Part shown: positions 1-9,721 of the stretch, in pieces
Position numbering within the stretch: position 1 is the first letter of the stretch
Layout: the number at the start of each line of letters is the position of its first letter
Assembly: GCA_963674755.2 (NCBI GenBank)
Contig: CAXXVS010000002.1
Location: 2,399,570-2,463,569, forward strand
DNA length: 64,000 nt
DNA from: Desulfobacterales bacterium
Lineage (GTDB): Bacteria; Desulfobacterota; Desulfobacteria; Desulfobacterales; UBA5852
Direction of reading: 5' to 3'
Program-made: the position numbers and the translations under genes
The notes under the pieces: model-generated
What the model saw: only the letters and a program-made list of their open reading frames with translations
The model's database searches: none
Told to the model about the DNA's origin: nothing

Positions 1-504
1 GACGTAGGGCCGCCGTTGAAAATCGTAAAGACGCCTTTTGAGCGGCATCAGGATCGGCTGTATGGTCCGGTTGTCGGAAAGGTTCAGAAAAACGTCGTGA
101 AAGCGGATGTTCATCTTGTAGTAGAGGTCGAATTCTTCACGCTGGATCGCCCCCCGCATTTCGGAATTGAGCTGGCGCAGGACGGCGATGTGGCTGCCGT
201 TGAACTGGTCGAAAATCGCCTTGACGACATCCCCCTCCAGGGCACCGCAAATCTGGTAAAAGTCTTTTACATCCTGAAGTGTGAGGGCGTTCACGACGAC
301 CCCCCGGCGTGGCATGATCGTCACAAAGCCTTCCACCTCCAGGCGGATGAGAGCGTCTCTCAGGGGGGTTTTGCTGATCCCCAGATGATCGCTGATCTGA
401 TTGAGATTGAGAGTCGTGTTGGGCAGGATGTGGCCGGTCATCATCTGGTCGCGGATATACTCGTAAACCTGCTCCCGCAACGATTTCACGTTCAAAATGG
501 CCAC
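1..504 (-). CDS. GntR/FadR-family transcriptional regulator (3' end cut by window edge)
   Basis: Minus-strand frame is open from GTG 504-502 (purine-rich GAGAGGAGAAG just upstream) to the window edge. Translation VAILNVKSLREQVYEYIRDQMMTGHILPNTTLNLNQISDHLGISKTPLRDALIRLEVEGFVTIMPRRG... is a GntR winged-helix HTH followed by FCD-type helices. Track ORF 16..558(+) is its antisense shadow. Confidence 0.8.
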   Translation of the reverse strand, partial: MAILNVKSLREQVYEYIRDQMMTGHILPNTTLNLNQISDHLGISKTPLRDALIRLEVEGFVTIMPRRGVVVNALTLQDVKDFYQICGALEGDVVKAIFDQFNGSHIAVLRQLNSEMRGAIQREEFDLYYKMNIRFHDVFLNLSDNRTIQPILMPLKRRLYDFQRRPYV

Positions 505-736
505 ATCTTCTCCTCTCTTGCCGCCCGAGGCCGTGTTATCCCCGGACGCTTCACCTAAACGTCACATTCGTCCCTAAGAAATCAGATATATTAGACACCA
601 GACCTTGTCAACGCTCTTCCCCCACCTTGGACGGCGGCCGGCGCCACCAACCACGACGGGGGGCCGGGTGAGGATCCAAATCGCCGGCACGCCCACGGCT
701 CGGCGCAATTGCCGCAACATTGCCGGTTTGATGTTT

Positions 737-1948
737 TCAGTCCCACAGCGGTGATAGACGGTCCTCCGGCCCCAGGACCGGTGGCCGGGCAACCACCGTT
801 TCGGGGTATTTCAAGCCGGATCCCGTATTGAGCAACACGACCTTCTCTTCGGGTTTGATCCAGCCGCTCCCGGCCAGCTGGATGGCGGCACTCAGGGTGG
901 CCGCGCCTTCCGGGCACACGAAAGTTCCCTCCCGGGACGCCAGCATGGCCTCGGCCCTCAGGATATCGTCGTCTTCCACGGCAACGGCGCAACCTTCGGT
1001 TTTATAAATGGCATCCAGAACCAGAAAATCGCCCAGCGCCTTGGGCACCGTGATGCCGAAGGCCAGGGTGGCGGCATTCTCCCAGAACACCGACTCACGC
1101 TTATTTTCCTTCCAGGCCTCGACGATGGGGGCACAGCCTGTCGACTGAACGGCCACCAACCGCGGGAAGTTCCCGCGGATCCACCCCATGGCCTCAAGCT
1201 CGCGAAGCGCCTTGTAGATCCCGATGATGCCGACCCCGCCGCCGGTGGGATAGAGAATGACGTCCGGCAGCTGCCAGCCGAACTGCTCGGCAATCTCGAG
1301 CCCCATGGTCTTCTTCCCCTCGATGCGATAGGGCTCTTTCAGGGTGGAGGCATCAAACCACCCATACTCGGCCACCGCCCGGGCGACGATCTTGCCGGCG
1401 TCACTGATCAGGCCGTCCACCAGGTACAACGCCGCGCCGGCAATGGCACATTCGCCCCGCGGGATGGGGGGCGCGTCTTCGGGCATCACGATGACCGTCT
1501 GGATGCCGGCGGCCGCGCCGTAAACCGCCCAGGCCGCACCGGCATTGCCGTTGGTGGGCATGGCCAGGGTTGCGATTCCCAGCTCCTTGGCGCGCGACAC
1601 GCCGACCGCGGCGCCGCGGGCCTTGAAGGTGCCAGTGGGAATGATCCCCTCGTCCTTCATGAATAGCTGGGGCAGCCCCACTTCCCGCCCCAGTTTTCGG
1701 AGGGGCAGGAGAGGGGTCATGCCCTCCCCCAGACAAACCCGGTTGCGTTCCTGCCTGACCGGCAGCAATTCCCTGTAGCGCCAGAGGTCCGCCGGCCTTG
1801 GCAGCAAGTCCTCCTTGTGCAGCACCGCCTTCACCCGGTCGAGATCGTAGCGTACCAGCAGCGGCGCCCCGCAGCGGCACAGCTGGATGACCTGTTCACT
1901 ATCATAGGTGGCGCGGCACTTGGGGCATTCGAGGTGGGACACATACAT
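737..1948 (-). CDS. thrC: threonine synthase
   Basis: Track ORF 737..2122(-) trimmed to MYVSHLECPKCRATYDSEQV (ATG 1948). It has a zinc-ribbon N-terminus plus PLP-fold motifs (TGTFKARGA, NGNAGAA, GGGVGIIG) and the length of archaeal/delta-type ThrC. Confidence 0.9.
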   Translation of the reverse strand: MYVSHLECPKCRATYDSEQVIQLCRCGAPLLVRYDLDRVKAVLHKEDLLPRPADLWRYRELLPVRQERNRVCLGEGMTPLLPLRKLGREVGLPQLFMKDEGIIPTGTFKARGAAVGVSRAKELGIATLAMPTNGNAGAAWAVYGAAAGIQTVIVMPEDAPPIPRGECAIAGAALYLVDGLISDAGKIVARAVAEYGWFDASTLKEPYRIEGKKTMGLEIAEQFGWQLPDVILYPTGGGVGIIGIYKALRELEAMGWIRGNFPRLVAVQSTGCAPIVEAWKENKRESVFWENAATLAFGITVPKALGDFLVLDAIYKTEGCAVAVEDDDILRAEAMLASREGTFVCPEGAATLSAAIQLAGSGWIKPEEKVVLLNTGSGLKYPETVVARPPVLGPEDRLSPLWD

Positions 1949-1973
1949 AAATGGTACTCTCCCGGGAAAAGGG

Positions 1974-2360
1974 TTAGGGCTGCCGCAGGGCGATCGCCTC
2001 GATTTCGACATTGGCATCCTTGGGCAACCGGGCCACTTCGACACAGGCCCGCGCCGGGGGATCCGTCTTGAAGAATTCGGCATAGGCCGCGTTGATATCC
2101 CCGAACTGATCCATGTCGGCAATGTAGACGGTGGTCTTGACGACCTGCGCCAGACTGCTGCCGGCCGCCTCCAGGATGGCCTGGAGATTGGTGAGGGCCT
2201 GGCGTGTCTCCTGTTGGATATCGCCCGTTATCAATTCCCCCGAGGCCGGATCGATGGCCAGCTGGCCGGAAACGAACACCATGGTGTCGGTCTTGATGGC
2301 CTGGGAGTACGGCCCGATGGCGCCAGGCGCTTTTTGGGTAGCTACGGTCGTGCGTTGCAT
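1974..2360 (-). CDS. ridA: RidA/YjgF-family enamine/imine deaminase
   Basis: 128-aa ORF with the YjgF/UK114 pattern (APGAIGPYSQAI, VFVSGQL, ARACVEVARLP). It ends 25 nt upstream of thrC on the same strand. Confidence 0.9.
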   Translation of the reverse strand: MQRTTVATQKAPGAIGPYSQAIKTDTMVFVSGQLAIDPASGELITGDIQQETRQALTNLQAILEAAGSSLAQVVKTTVYIADMDQFGDINAAYAEFFKTDPPARACVEVARLPKDANVEIEAIALRQP

Positions 2361-2400
2361 TTGATGTTTCCTCCTTTAGGGGTACGAGGTTGTTGGTTAG

Positions 2401-2612
2401 TGCCCATCCATGAGCGGCATCTTTCGGCTCCAGCCGGCGTTCTCGCGCTTTGGAAATCCGCGCCGTAGCCCAGCACCGCAACGCTATCACTCATACGGCG
2501 ACGCCGTCGGTTTCCACCCCCAGCGGGGTTGGATCAGACGGGAAGTCCTGCAGTGCGGGACAAATCACTGCGCCCCTGGCGGAAACCAAAAGTGACGATC
2601 TCCGGATGGGCA
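2401..2612. repeat. family-1 structured intergenic repeat, diverged/rearranged copy
   Basis: Terminal inverted repeat TGCCCATCC...GGATGGGCA. The interior shares blocks (GGCATCTTTCGG, CCGGCGTTCTCGCGCTTTGGAAATCC, CCGTAGCCC, GGAAACCAAAAG) with the copies at 8053-8233 and 17346-17528. Confidence 0.5.
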
Positions 2613-2814
2613 ATAGTGTATATGCGATCGGGAAATTCCGTTTTTATGAACGACACCACGTTGCAAGCGTCTTCTCCGGGGTGGCGGTTTTCCGGCCGCC
2701 ATCTTCGGCGGGTTGATGCATACACCACATCAGCGGCCCGCGGCAAGCCGCATGTCGTCGATTCCGCAACAAGGCGGCGAACTGTGCAGGGCCAAAGAAA
2801 GCTTGGTCATCCGG

Positions 2815-2829
2815 CCCCCCCCCCCCCCC
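2815..2829. repeat. homopolymeric C15 tract (G15 on minus strand)
   Basis: Counted directly: ccgg + 15 C + tgcag. It lies in the ridA/degV divergent intergenic region, ~220 nt upstream of the degV start. Confidence 0.9.
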
Positions 2830-3046
2830 TGCAGCGACATTCGCCGGCGGGGTTCTCCCTTTGGTGAATATGATATAGCCAGATGGCTCCGGGAGCGCCA
2901 GACAGTTGCCAGCTCGGCGGAAACATGGCATAAAAGTTCAACAGGGATGCGGCTGCAAGCGCCCCCTCGCTTCTCAATCGCAACGCGACATCGCCCGCGA
3001 CATGCTGCGCCTGCCCAAGAACCACGAACATGGAAAGAGGGTCGAC

Positions 3047-3916
3047 ATGGGAGAAAAAATCGGCATTGTGACAGACACCATCTCGGACGTCCCGGAAGCC
3101 CTTGCCAAGGATCTGGGGATCAATATCATTCCGACCAATGTGATTTTGGACGGAAAAGTCTACCGGGATGGCATCGATCTCAAAGCGGAAGCTTTCTACC
3201 GGAATTTTCACCAGTACAAGAACATGGCCTCGCAGCCCGTTTCTTACGAAGACTATGCCCTGGCCTATAAGAAGCTGGTGGAGGAATACGACGGGCTCGT
3301 CTTCATCCATGTGTCCCACAAATTGAGCGCCACTTTCGAAATCGCCCAACAGGTGCATCAGGATTTCCAAAACAGCCATAACTGCCGGGTGGTCCTCATC
3401 GACTCGCTCCAGTGCGGCATGGGATACGGTATCGCCGTCATTGCGGCCGCCCGCATGGCGCAGCAGGGCCGCAATGAAGAGGAGATCGCCGCCCATGTAA
3501 CCCATGTGCTCCGGCACACCTCCGCTTTCTTTGCGCTTCCGGAGTTAAAATACCTCCGTCGTGGAAAAAAAATCAGCGGGCTGAAATCGCTGGTGGGCAT
3601 GGCCATGAAGGTCAAGCCGGTCATGTCCGTCGAGCAGGGGGAAATCGTGGTCAAAACCAAACTATTTGGCGAGCAGAAGAATATGATCCTCTCGATGCTC
3701 GATATGATACGCGACGATATCGCCGGCCGGCCCATCACCCTGGCCATCTTCCAAACCGCCGCCGAGGTGTCGGTGATTGAAAGCCTGCGCAGCGTCTTCC
3801 AATCCGAATTCAACTGCGATGACATTTTCGACGCCTTTTTCAGCCCGGCGATCGGCATCAACATGGGTCCGGGCTGCACCGGCATCGCCTACTACAAACA
3901 TTCGCCCCGAAGCTGA
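3047..3916 (+). CDS. DegV-family fatty-acid-binding protein
   Basis: Track ORF 2906..3916 trimmed to MGEKIGIVTDTISDVP (ATG 3047, AAGAGGG upstream). The DegV pattern is present (IVTDT N-terminus, HVSHKLSATFEIAQQ, PAIGINMGPG). Confidence 0.85.
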   Translation: MGEKIGIVTDTISDVPEALAKDLGINIIPTNVILDGKVYRDGIDLKAEAFYRNFHQYKNMASQPVSYEDYALAYKKLVEEYDGLVFIHVSHKLSATFEIAQQVHQDFQNSHNCRVVLIDSLQCGMGYGIAVIAAARMAQQGRNEEEIAAHVTHVLRHTSAFFALPELKYLRRGKKISGLKSLVGMAMKVKPVMSVEQGEIVVKTKLFGEQKNMILSMLDMIRDDIAGRPITLAIFQTAAEVSVIESLRSVFQSEFNCDDIFDAFFSPAIGINMGPGCTGIAYYKHSPRS

Positions 3917-3981
3917 CGACGACGCGCGACCCGGGCGATGTTTCATCGCAGCCCGGTGCCGTCATGGCGCCCCATCGCCTG

Positions 3982-4764
3982 TTAAGCCGCGTCTTCAAGA
4001 ACGGCCCGCCCCAGGGTCTTGAACACGGCCTCCCCCTCCTCATCCGCTGGGGCCGTGTTGGACGCCACCGCTTCGTAGCGCGCCATCTCCTGGGGGTCGT
4101 TGAGGTCGATCGGCTCCCGGATGCCTTTCAGGCGGTTGTGCATGGGATCGTAAAGTACCACAGGACCGAATACCCGCTTGCCGCCGCCCGCCCAGCGCCC
4201 CAGGATGGTGTGGTGGGGAACCGCCAGCGCTTTGGGGGCCGGCCCATAGGCCAACAGATCCGCAAAGAACCGCAGCGTCTCCTGGACGCCCTCCGCATAG
4301 CGGGTTTCCAACGCGCTACGGCCGTCATAGACCAGATCGTCGATATCGGTCCGGGTGAAATGCAGGTCCAGGCCGTCAATCAATTCTGCCCGCAGGGTTT
4401 CGAGGGAGTCCTCCTTCTTGCTGATAATGACATTGGCATCGTTTAAGATCTTGATTACATTTCGGATATTGAGCATTTCCTTCACCAGCGGACTTTTCCG
4501 CAGGACAACGTCCTCGATGCTGGTTTTATAGATGGGCAGATCGTTGTCGAGCACCAGCAGGCGTTGCTGGTCGCCCAACGGGGAAAGCCGGTAGAGCTCC
4601 ACATCCCTATCGACGATTTTTTCATAACCGCCCCTCGCCAGAAGATCGCGGACCAGATCCTTATCGATGCGGCGGCCGCTGTCCGGCGGCCCCATGGACG
4701 ATCGGATGCGGCCAACCAGATCATTGATCTCGATTTTCTTGCGTAAATTGTCCTTGAATGCCAT
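3982..4764 (-). CDS. conserved hypothetical protein (260 aa)
   Basis: Long ORF with AAGGAGG 8 nt upstream of ATG 4764. I recognise no domain. Confidence 0.65.
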   Translation of the reverse strand: MAFKDNLRKKIEINDLVGRIRSSMGPPDSGRRIDKDLVRDLLARGGYEKIVDRDVELYRLSPLGDQQRLLVLDNDLPIYKTSIEDVVLRKSPLVKEMLNIRNVIKILNDANVIISKKEDSLETLRAELIDGLDLHFTRTDIDDLVYDGRSALETRYAEGVQETLRFFADLLAYGPAPKALAVPHHTILGRWAGGGKRVFGPVVLYDPMHNRLKGIREPIDLNDPQEMARYEAVASNTAPADEEGEAVFKTLGRAVLEDAA

Positions 4765-5268
4765 CGTTAGAGCCTCCTTTATCCAAAAAATGATCGGAAT
4801 GCGCTGGACGGCACGAAAACGAATACCAGATGGTCTCGAGAGAGGAGTAGAATTGCTGAATGCTGAAAACCGTGCCTATCACAGCGCGCCCCCTGTAAAC
4901 AAGCGCTATCATGCTTCGGGCGGTTTGGACGGACAATCTTCTTGACCATCTCCGACGATTTCGGCTAAATAAATACATCTTGCAAGCCGTCACGCAATGA
5001 CCGACCGCACCCATCAGCCGAAACCGATTGTCCCCCCCCGCTCGGGGCAGAGAGGCTGCCTAAGACACCGACCATGCTTTGATGAACGAGGCCGGCACCC
5101 GTTTATCCAGACGCGTAGAGACGCACCCGTCTGCGAAAGCAATGGGCCAGCCATACGATCGCGGGACATTTGGAACCGGCCGTGGTGATTTCGTTCGGCT
5201 AGTGGAAAAAATAAGACGATTTTCGGTGCGCACCCGCATCGGCCAACGACAGCAGGAGGCAAGCCACA

Positions 5269-6549
5269 ATGACTGAAACAGCCAAGCTAAGCTACATGGG
5301 TAAAACCTATGAACTGCCCGTCATCACGGGAACCGAGGGTGAAAAAGGGATCGATATCTCCCGGCTTCGACAGGATACGGGATTGATCACCCTCGATACG
5401 GGGTATGCCAACACGGGCAGCTGCACCAGCGACATTACCTACATGGACGGTGAAAAGGGGATCCTGCGCTATCGGGGCATCCCGGTGGAGCAGCTGGCCA
5501 AATACTCTTCTTTCCGGGAGACCGCCTATCTTCTGGTCCATGGCAAACTGCCGAGCCATAAAGAGCTGAACCGTTTTTCCGTTCTGCTGAACGATGCTTC
5601 CCTGGTCCATGAAGATATGAAGATCTTTTATCAGAATTTCCCCAAGCGGTCCCATCCCATGGGCATTTTGTCCAGCATGGTCAACGCCCTGCGCAGCTTC
5701 TACCCCGAGCTGCTATCCCTGCAGGAAGAAATTGACATCACCGTGACCCGCCTGCTGTCCAAGGTCCGCACCCTGGCGGCCATGTCCTATAAGATGTCCC
5801 GCGGGCATACGGTCGTCTACCCGCGGCCCGACCTCTCCTACTGCGCCAATTTTCTCAACATGATGTTCGATTCGCCTGTAAAACCTTATGAAATCGATGA
5901 AGATATCGTGGAAGCCCTCAATGTCTTCTGGATTTTGCACGCCGACCACGAGCAAAACTGTTCCACCTCGGCCGTACGCATGGTGGGTTCGGGACGGGTC
6001 AATCTCTATGCCGCCATATCCGCCGGAATCGCCGCCCTCTGGGGGCCGCTGCACGGCGGGGCCAACCAGGCCGTGGTGGAAATGTTAGAGAATATTGCCA
6101 CCAGCGGTCGCGGCCTGCGACATTACGTGGAAAGGGCCAAAGATCGCCAGGATCCCTTCCGCTTAATGGGCTTCGGCCATCGCGTCTACAAAACCTACGA
6201 CCCCCGGGCCAAGATCATCAAGACCATGTGTGACAGGGTCTTGGACAATCTCAAAATCGACGATCCGCTCCTGGTATTGGCCAAAGAACTGGAAGAAATC
6301 GCCCTCCAAGACGACTACTTCATCTCGCATAACCTCTATCCCAACGTGGATTTCTACAGCGGCATCATTCTGCGGGTCATGGGCATCCCCACGAACATGT
6401 TCACCGTGATGTTTGCCATCGGGCGGCTGCCCGGATGGATTGCCCAATGGAAGGAAAGCATGGACGATCCCAACTGGAAGCTCTGTCGCCCGCGCCAGAT
6501 TTACACCGGGCCGGCCCTGCGGGACTACGTTCCGGTGGAAGCGCGCTGA
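5269..6549 (+). CDS. gltA: citrate synthase
   Basis: 426 aa with AGGAGG RBS. Citrate synthase signatures are present: GPLHGGANQAV, MGFGHRVYKTYDPRA, NVDFYSG. Confidence 0.95.
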   Translation: MTETAKLSYMGKTYELPVITGTEGEKGIDISRLRQDTGLITLDTGYANTGSCTSDITYMDGEKGILRYRGIPVEQLAKYSSFRETAYLLVHGKLPSHKELNRFSVLLNDASLVHEDMKIFYQNFPKRSHPMGILSSMVNALRSFYPELLSLQEEIDITVTRLLSKVRTLAAMSYKMSRGHTVVYPRPDLSYCANFLNMMFDSPVKPYEIDEDIVEALNVFWILHADHEQNCSTSAVRMVGSGRVNLYAAISAGIAALWGPLHGGANQAVVEMLENIATSGRGLRHYVERAKDRQDPFRLMGFGHRVYKTYDPRAKIIKTMCDRVLDNLKIDDPLLVLAKELEEIALQDDYFISHNLYPNVDFYSGIILRVMGIPTNMFTVMFAIGRLPGWIAQWKESMDDPNWKLCRPRQIYTGPALRDYVPVEAR

Positions 6550-6636
6550 AAGCACAAAAAAGCCGGCGGTGCCGTCGGGAGACGAAACCGCCGGCCATAA
6601 CCATTGAGGCGGGTCTGATCAGCGCTGTGGGACTGC

Positions 6637-7953
6637 TCAGGCTTTGGGCTTCGGCAGCACCAGGTTAAGGACAACGCCCAGAATGCCGGCCATACCGATC
6701 CCCTCCAGCGTAAACTTCCCGAAGGACAGCACCATCCCGCCGATGCCGCTCACCAGGATCAGGGCCACGATGGACATGTTGCGCGGCTCGGTGAGGTCGT
6801 CTCCGGCGCGCACCAGGGTATTGAGCCCCACCACGGTGATGGCGCCGAAGAGCAGGAGCATGATGCCGCCCATGACCGGCACCGGAATCGTTTGCAGGAG
6901 AGCGCCGACCTTGCCGATAAAGGCCAGCAGAATCGCAAAAATGGCGGCCCAGGTCATGATGGCCGGATTGAAGGCCTTGGTCAGGGTCACCGCCCCGGTC
7001 ACCTCGGAATAGGTCGTATTGGGCGGGCCGCCGATAAAAGATGCCAGAGAAGTCGCAACCCCGTCCCCCATCATGGTGCGGTGGATGCCGGGCGTCTGGA
7101 CGAAGTCCTTGCCGGTCACGTTGCCGATGGCCAGGATATCGCCGAAATGTTCGATGGCCGGGGCGATCGCCACCGGCACGATGAAAAAGATCGCTTCCAG
7201 GTTCCATTCCGGGAATACGAAATTGGGCACCGCAAACCAGGGTGCCTCCACCAGGGGCTTGAAGCTGACCAGGGCCGGGCCGGTGAAATTCTTCAGGGTC
7301 CCGGGATCGAAGGAGGCCTGGATGGTACTTGAAACGCCGACCGCATCCAGGATCAGGGCCGTAAGATAACCGGCGCCCACGCCGAGGAGGATCGGGATCA
7401 GCTTGAGCCATCCTTTGCCCAACAGCGATACGATAATGGTGGTCAGCAGGGAAACACCGGCCACGATCATGGCCGTCTTATCCGGCACCAGCCAGGCCGC
7501 CCCGTCACCGGTGCGCCCCATGGCCATGTGAACCGCCACCGGCGCCAGCACGAGGCCGATCACCATGATGACAGGCCCCACCACCACCGGCGGCAGGATG
7601 CGATGCAGAAAATTGGGTCCGAAGGCCTTGATGCAAAGACTCAGGACAATATAGAGCACCCCCGCGGCCACCAGACCGCAGAGGGTGGAAGGAATACCCC
7701 AGGTCTGAACCCCGTATATGATCGGGGCGATGAAGGCGAAGGAGGAGGCCAGGAAAATCGGCACCATGCCCTTGGTGAGCAGCTGGAACACCAGGGTGCC
7801 CATGCCGGCGGTGAAAAGGGCCACATTCGAATCGAGCCCCGTCAGAAGCGGAACCAGAACCAGCGCACCGAAGGCCACAAACATCATTTGGGCACCGATG
7901 ACACTGTCTTTCAGTCTGAAGTGATAAGCGGTGGGCGAAGTCTTCGGGGCCAT
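6637..7953 (-). CDS. uraA: uracil/xanthine permease (NCS2 family)
   Basis: Track ORF trimmed to MAPKTSPTAY (ATG 7953, GAGGAGG RBS). It is a polytopic membrane protein with an NCS2 pattern (GAQMMFVAFGALVLVPLLTG...). It lies downstream of upp on the same strand, as in the E. coli upp-uraA operon. Confidence 0.85.
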   Translation of the reverse strand: MAPKTSPTAYHFRLKDSVIGAQMMFVAFGALVLVPLLTGLDSNVALFTAGMGTLVFQLLTKGMVPIFLASSFAFIAPIIYGVQTWGIPSTLCGLVAAGVLYIVLSLCIKAFGPNFLHRILPPVVVGPVIMVIGLVLAPVAVHMAMGRTGDGAAWLVPDKTAMIVAGVSLLTTIIVSLLGKGWLKLIPILLGVGAGYLTALILDAVGVSSTIQASFDPGTLKNFTGPALVSFKPLVEAPWFAVPNFVFPEWNLEAIFFIVPVAIAPAIEHFGDILAIGNVTGKDFVQTPGIHRTMMGDGVATSLASFIGGPPNTTYSEVTGAVTLTKAFNPAIMTWAAIFAILLAFIGKVGALLQTIPVPVMGGIMLLLFGAITVVGLNTLVRAGDDLTEPRNMSIVALILVSGIGGMVLSFGKFTLEGIGMAGILGVVLNLVLPKPKA

Positions 7954-8052
7954 AAAACCTCCTCTTGCAGCGGGTTGAAAGCTAATCGTCACTCAATACA
8001 ACCGGTCTAACAACCGATGCGGATGGTTGCGAAAAAAAATGATCATTACTCA

Positions 8053-8233
8053 GTGTCCGTCCAGAGATGGTAGATTTTGGTTCCGGCCAAGGCCGCAGCG
8101 ATTTGGAAACCGGAGGCGTAGCTGGGCTACGGCGAGGATTTCCAAAGAGCGAGAACGCCAGCCTGTCCGCCAAAGGTGGTTTTGTTCACCGGCGGCGGGC
8201 CGGGGCCAAAAGATGCCATCTCTGGGCGGACAC
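8053..8233. repeat. family-1 structured intergenic repeat, full copy (inverted relative to 17346-17528)
   Basis: 18-nt terminal inverted repeat GTGTCCGTCCAGAGATGG / CCATCTCTGGGCGGACAC. The interior is near-identical to the reverse complement of 17346-17528. Its last base abuts the upp stop codon. Confidence 0.8.
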
Positions 8234-8859
8234 TACTTCGTGCCGAAGATCTTGTCTCCCGCATCCCCCAAGCCGGGCAGGATATAGCCGATATCGTTCA
8301 GGCGCTCATCGATGGCGGCCACATAGATGTCCACATCCGGATGAAGCTCCTGGACCTTTTTGATGCCTTCCGGGGCGGCCACGAGGAAGATACCGCGAAT
8401 GCTGCGGCAGCCGCTTTCCTTGAGCATCTCGATGGTGGCGATCAGGGTGCCGCCGGTGGCCAGCATAGGGTCGAGGATGAGAGCGATGCGCTCCTCGATC
8501 CGGCCGGTCATTTTGACATAGTACTTGACCGGCTTCAGGGTTTCCTCGTTGCGGTAGAGCCCCACCACACTGACCTTGGCCGACGGGATCAGGTTGAGGA
8601 CGCCGTGCATCATCCCCAGCCCGGCCCGCAGGATGGGAACCACCGTGATTTTTTTCCCTTTGATCCCCTCGACCACCACATCGCCGGCCCAGCCCTTGAT
8701 CGTTCGCTTTTCGGTCTCCAGATCCTTGGTGGCCTCAAAGGTCAGCAGGCTGGCCAACTCCGAGGCGATATCCCGGAAATCTTTGACGGAAATGTTGTGT
8801 TCACGCATCAGTCCCAGTTTGTGCTTGATCAGCGGGTGTTCCACGATGCATACGGACAC
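8233..8859 (-). CDS. upp: uracil phosphoribosyltransferase
   Basis: 208 aa with GTG start after AAGGAGG. Upp motifs are present: [36 protein letters not shown]. Confidence 0.95.
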   Translation of the reverse strand: MSVCIVEHPLIKHKLGLMREHNISVKDFRDIASELASLLTFEATKDLETEKRTIKGWAGDVVVEGIKGKKITVVPILRAGLGMMHGVLNLIPSAKVSVVGLYRNEETLKPVKYYVKMTGRIEERIALILDPMLATGGTLIATIEMLKESGCRSIRGIFLVAAPEGIKKVQELHPDVDIYVAAIDERLNDIGYILPGLGDAGDKIFGTK

Positions 8860-9035
8860 GGTGCCCTCCTTTTTTGGGATCCTGTTACAAGAAAATCATA
8901 AATGGGCTAATTGTCGTCGGAAAGCGGCTCTATAGCGAGCCCAAAGTCAAAGCATGTCAATCTCCCGGACGGCATCAGGTATGCCGCCCGGAGTCGATAG
9001 CGGGCATTATAGGGAGCCGTCTGCCATCAGGGCAT

Positions 9036-9066
9036 AAAAAAACCGGCTCTTGCTCAAGAGCCGGTT
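9036..9066 (-). terminator. Rho-independent terminator of the 9182..9490 gene
   Basis: On the minus strand: AACCGGCTCTT-GAGC-AAGAGCCGGTT followed by T7. Confidence 0.7.
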
Positions 9067-9181
9067 AGCAGTACCATAAAAGAGGGGCTTTGTCAGTGGG
9101 AAACTGCCCCTGTCGATCCCCGCAGCGGGGCGTACCGGTATGCGCTGTAATCTCCCTGACGGTAAGAGGTTAGGCGGATGG

Positions 9182-9490
9182 TCAGAAATCCCCCAGGGGC
9201 CGCTTGAACGTATAATCGACAGGATCCTTCAGAAGCTTTTGTTTGGCTTCCGCCTGGTTTCCGCCCGCAGCGGCGAACGGCCAGCCGATCAGAAATACAA
9301 GGCTGGTAACGCCCAGGCAGACCAGGGATACCGGCCGCACGATCAACGCATCACCGATCATGGCTTCTCCGGTAGGACCGCTGCCGTAAATATCGACCGC
9401 GGTATTTTCCTGGGCCATGGCGGCGACGGGCGTCAGCGAAAGGCTCAGGCTGATCATCATGACAACCATATACGTGATTAACTTGCGCAT
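9182..9490 (-). CDS. small secreted/membrane protein, unknown function
   Basis: Track ORF trimmed to MRKLITYMVVMMISLSLSLTPVAAMAQE (signal peptide), with AGGAGG RBS upstream of ATG 9490. Confidence 0.6.
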   Translation of the reverse strand: MRKLITYMVVMMISLSLSLTPVAAMAQENTAVDIYGSGPTGEAMIGDALIVRPVSLVCLGVTSLVFLIGWPFAAAGGNQAEAKQKLLKDPVDYTFKRPLGDF

Positions 9491-9721
9491 GGTAAGCCTC
9501 CTAAAAAAGGTAAGGGAACCCGGCGGTTCCAACAACCGTCACTAACAGCCGGTCAGGATGGAAACGGACGGGGCTTGAATCCGGTCCGCGTCCTTCATAT
9601 AGTGGCGTCCTGTTCGCGTGTTCTCATCAGGCCGCCGTCCTTTGTAATCATTATAAGCGTAGGAAATAGATGCCCCTCTGTCAAGGAAATAACAATAATA
9701 TTCCCAATGGGTTGTTGCCAT

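Noticed and set aside
16-558. 180-aa + strand ORF at the window start
   Set aside because: The opposite strand encodes a clear GntR-family HTH regulator, while the + frame has no recognisable features.
581-610. Further TTAGACA-type half sites (ATATATTAGACAC at ~588 and GATTAGACAAC at ~54253) as extra DtxR-type operators
   Set aside because: Only a 7-8-nt half motif is shared and the second palindrome arm is missing. That is expected by chance in 128 kb of two-strand sequence.
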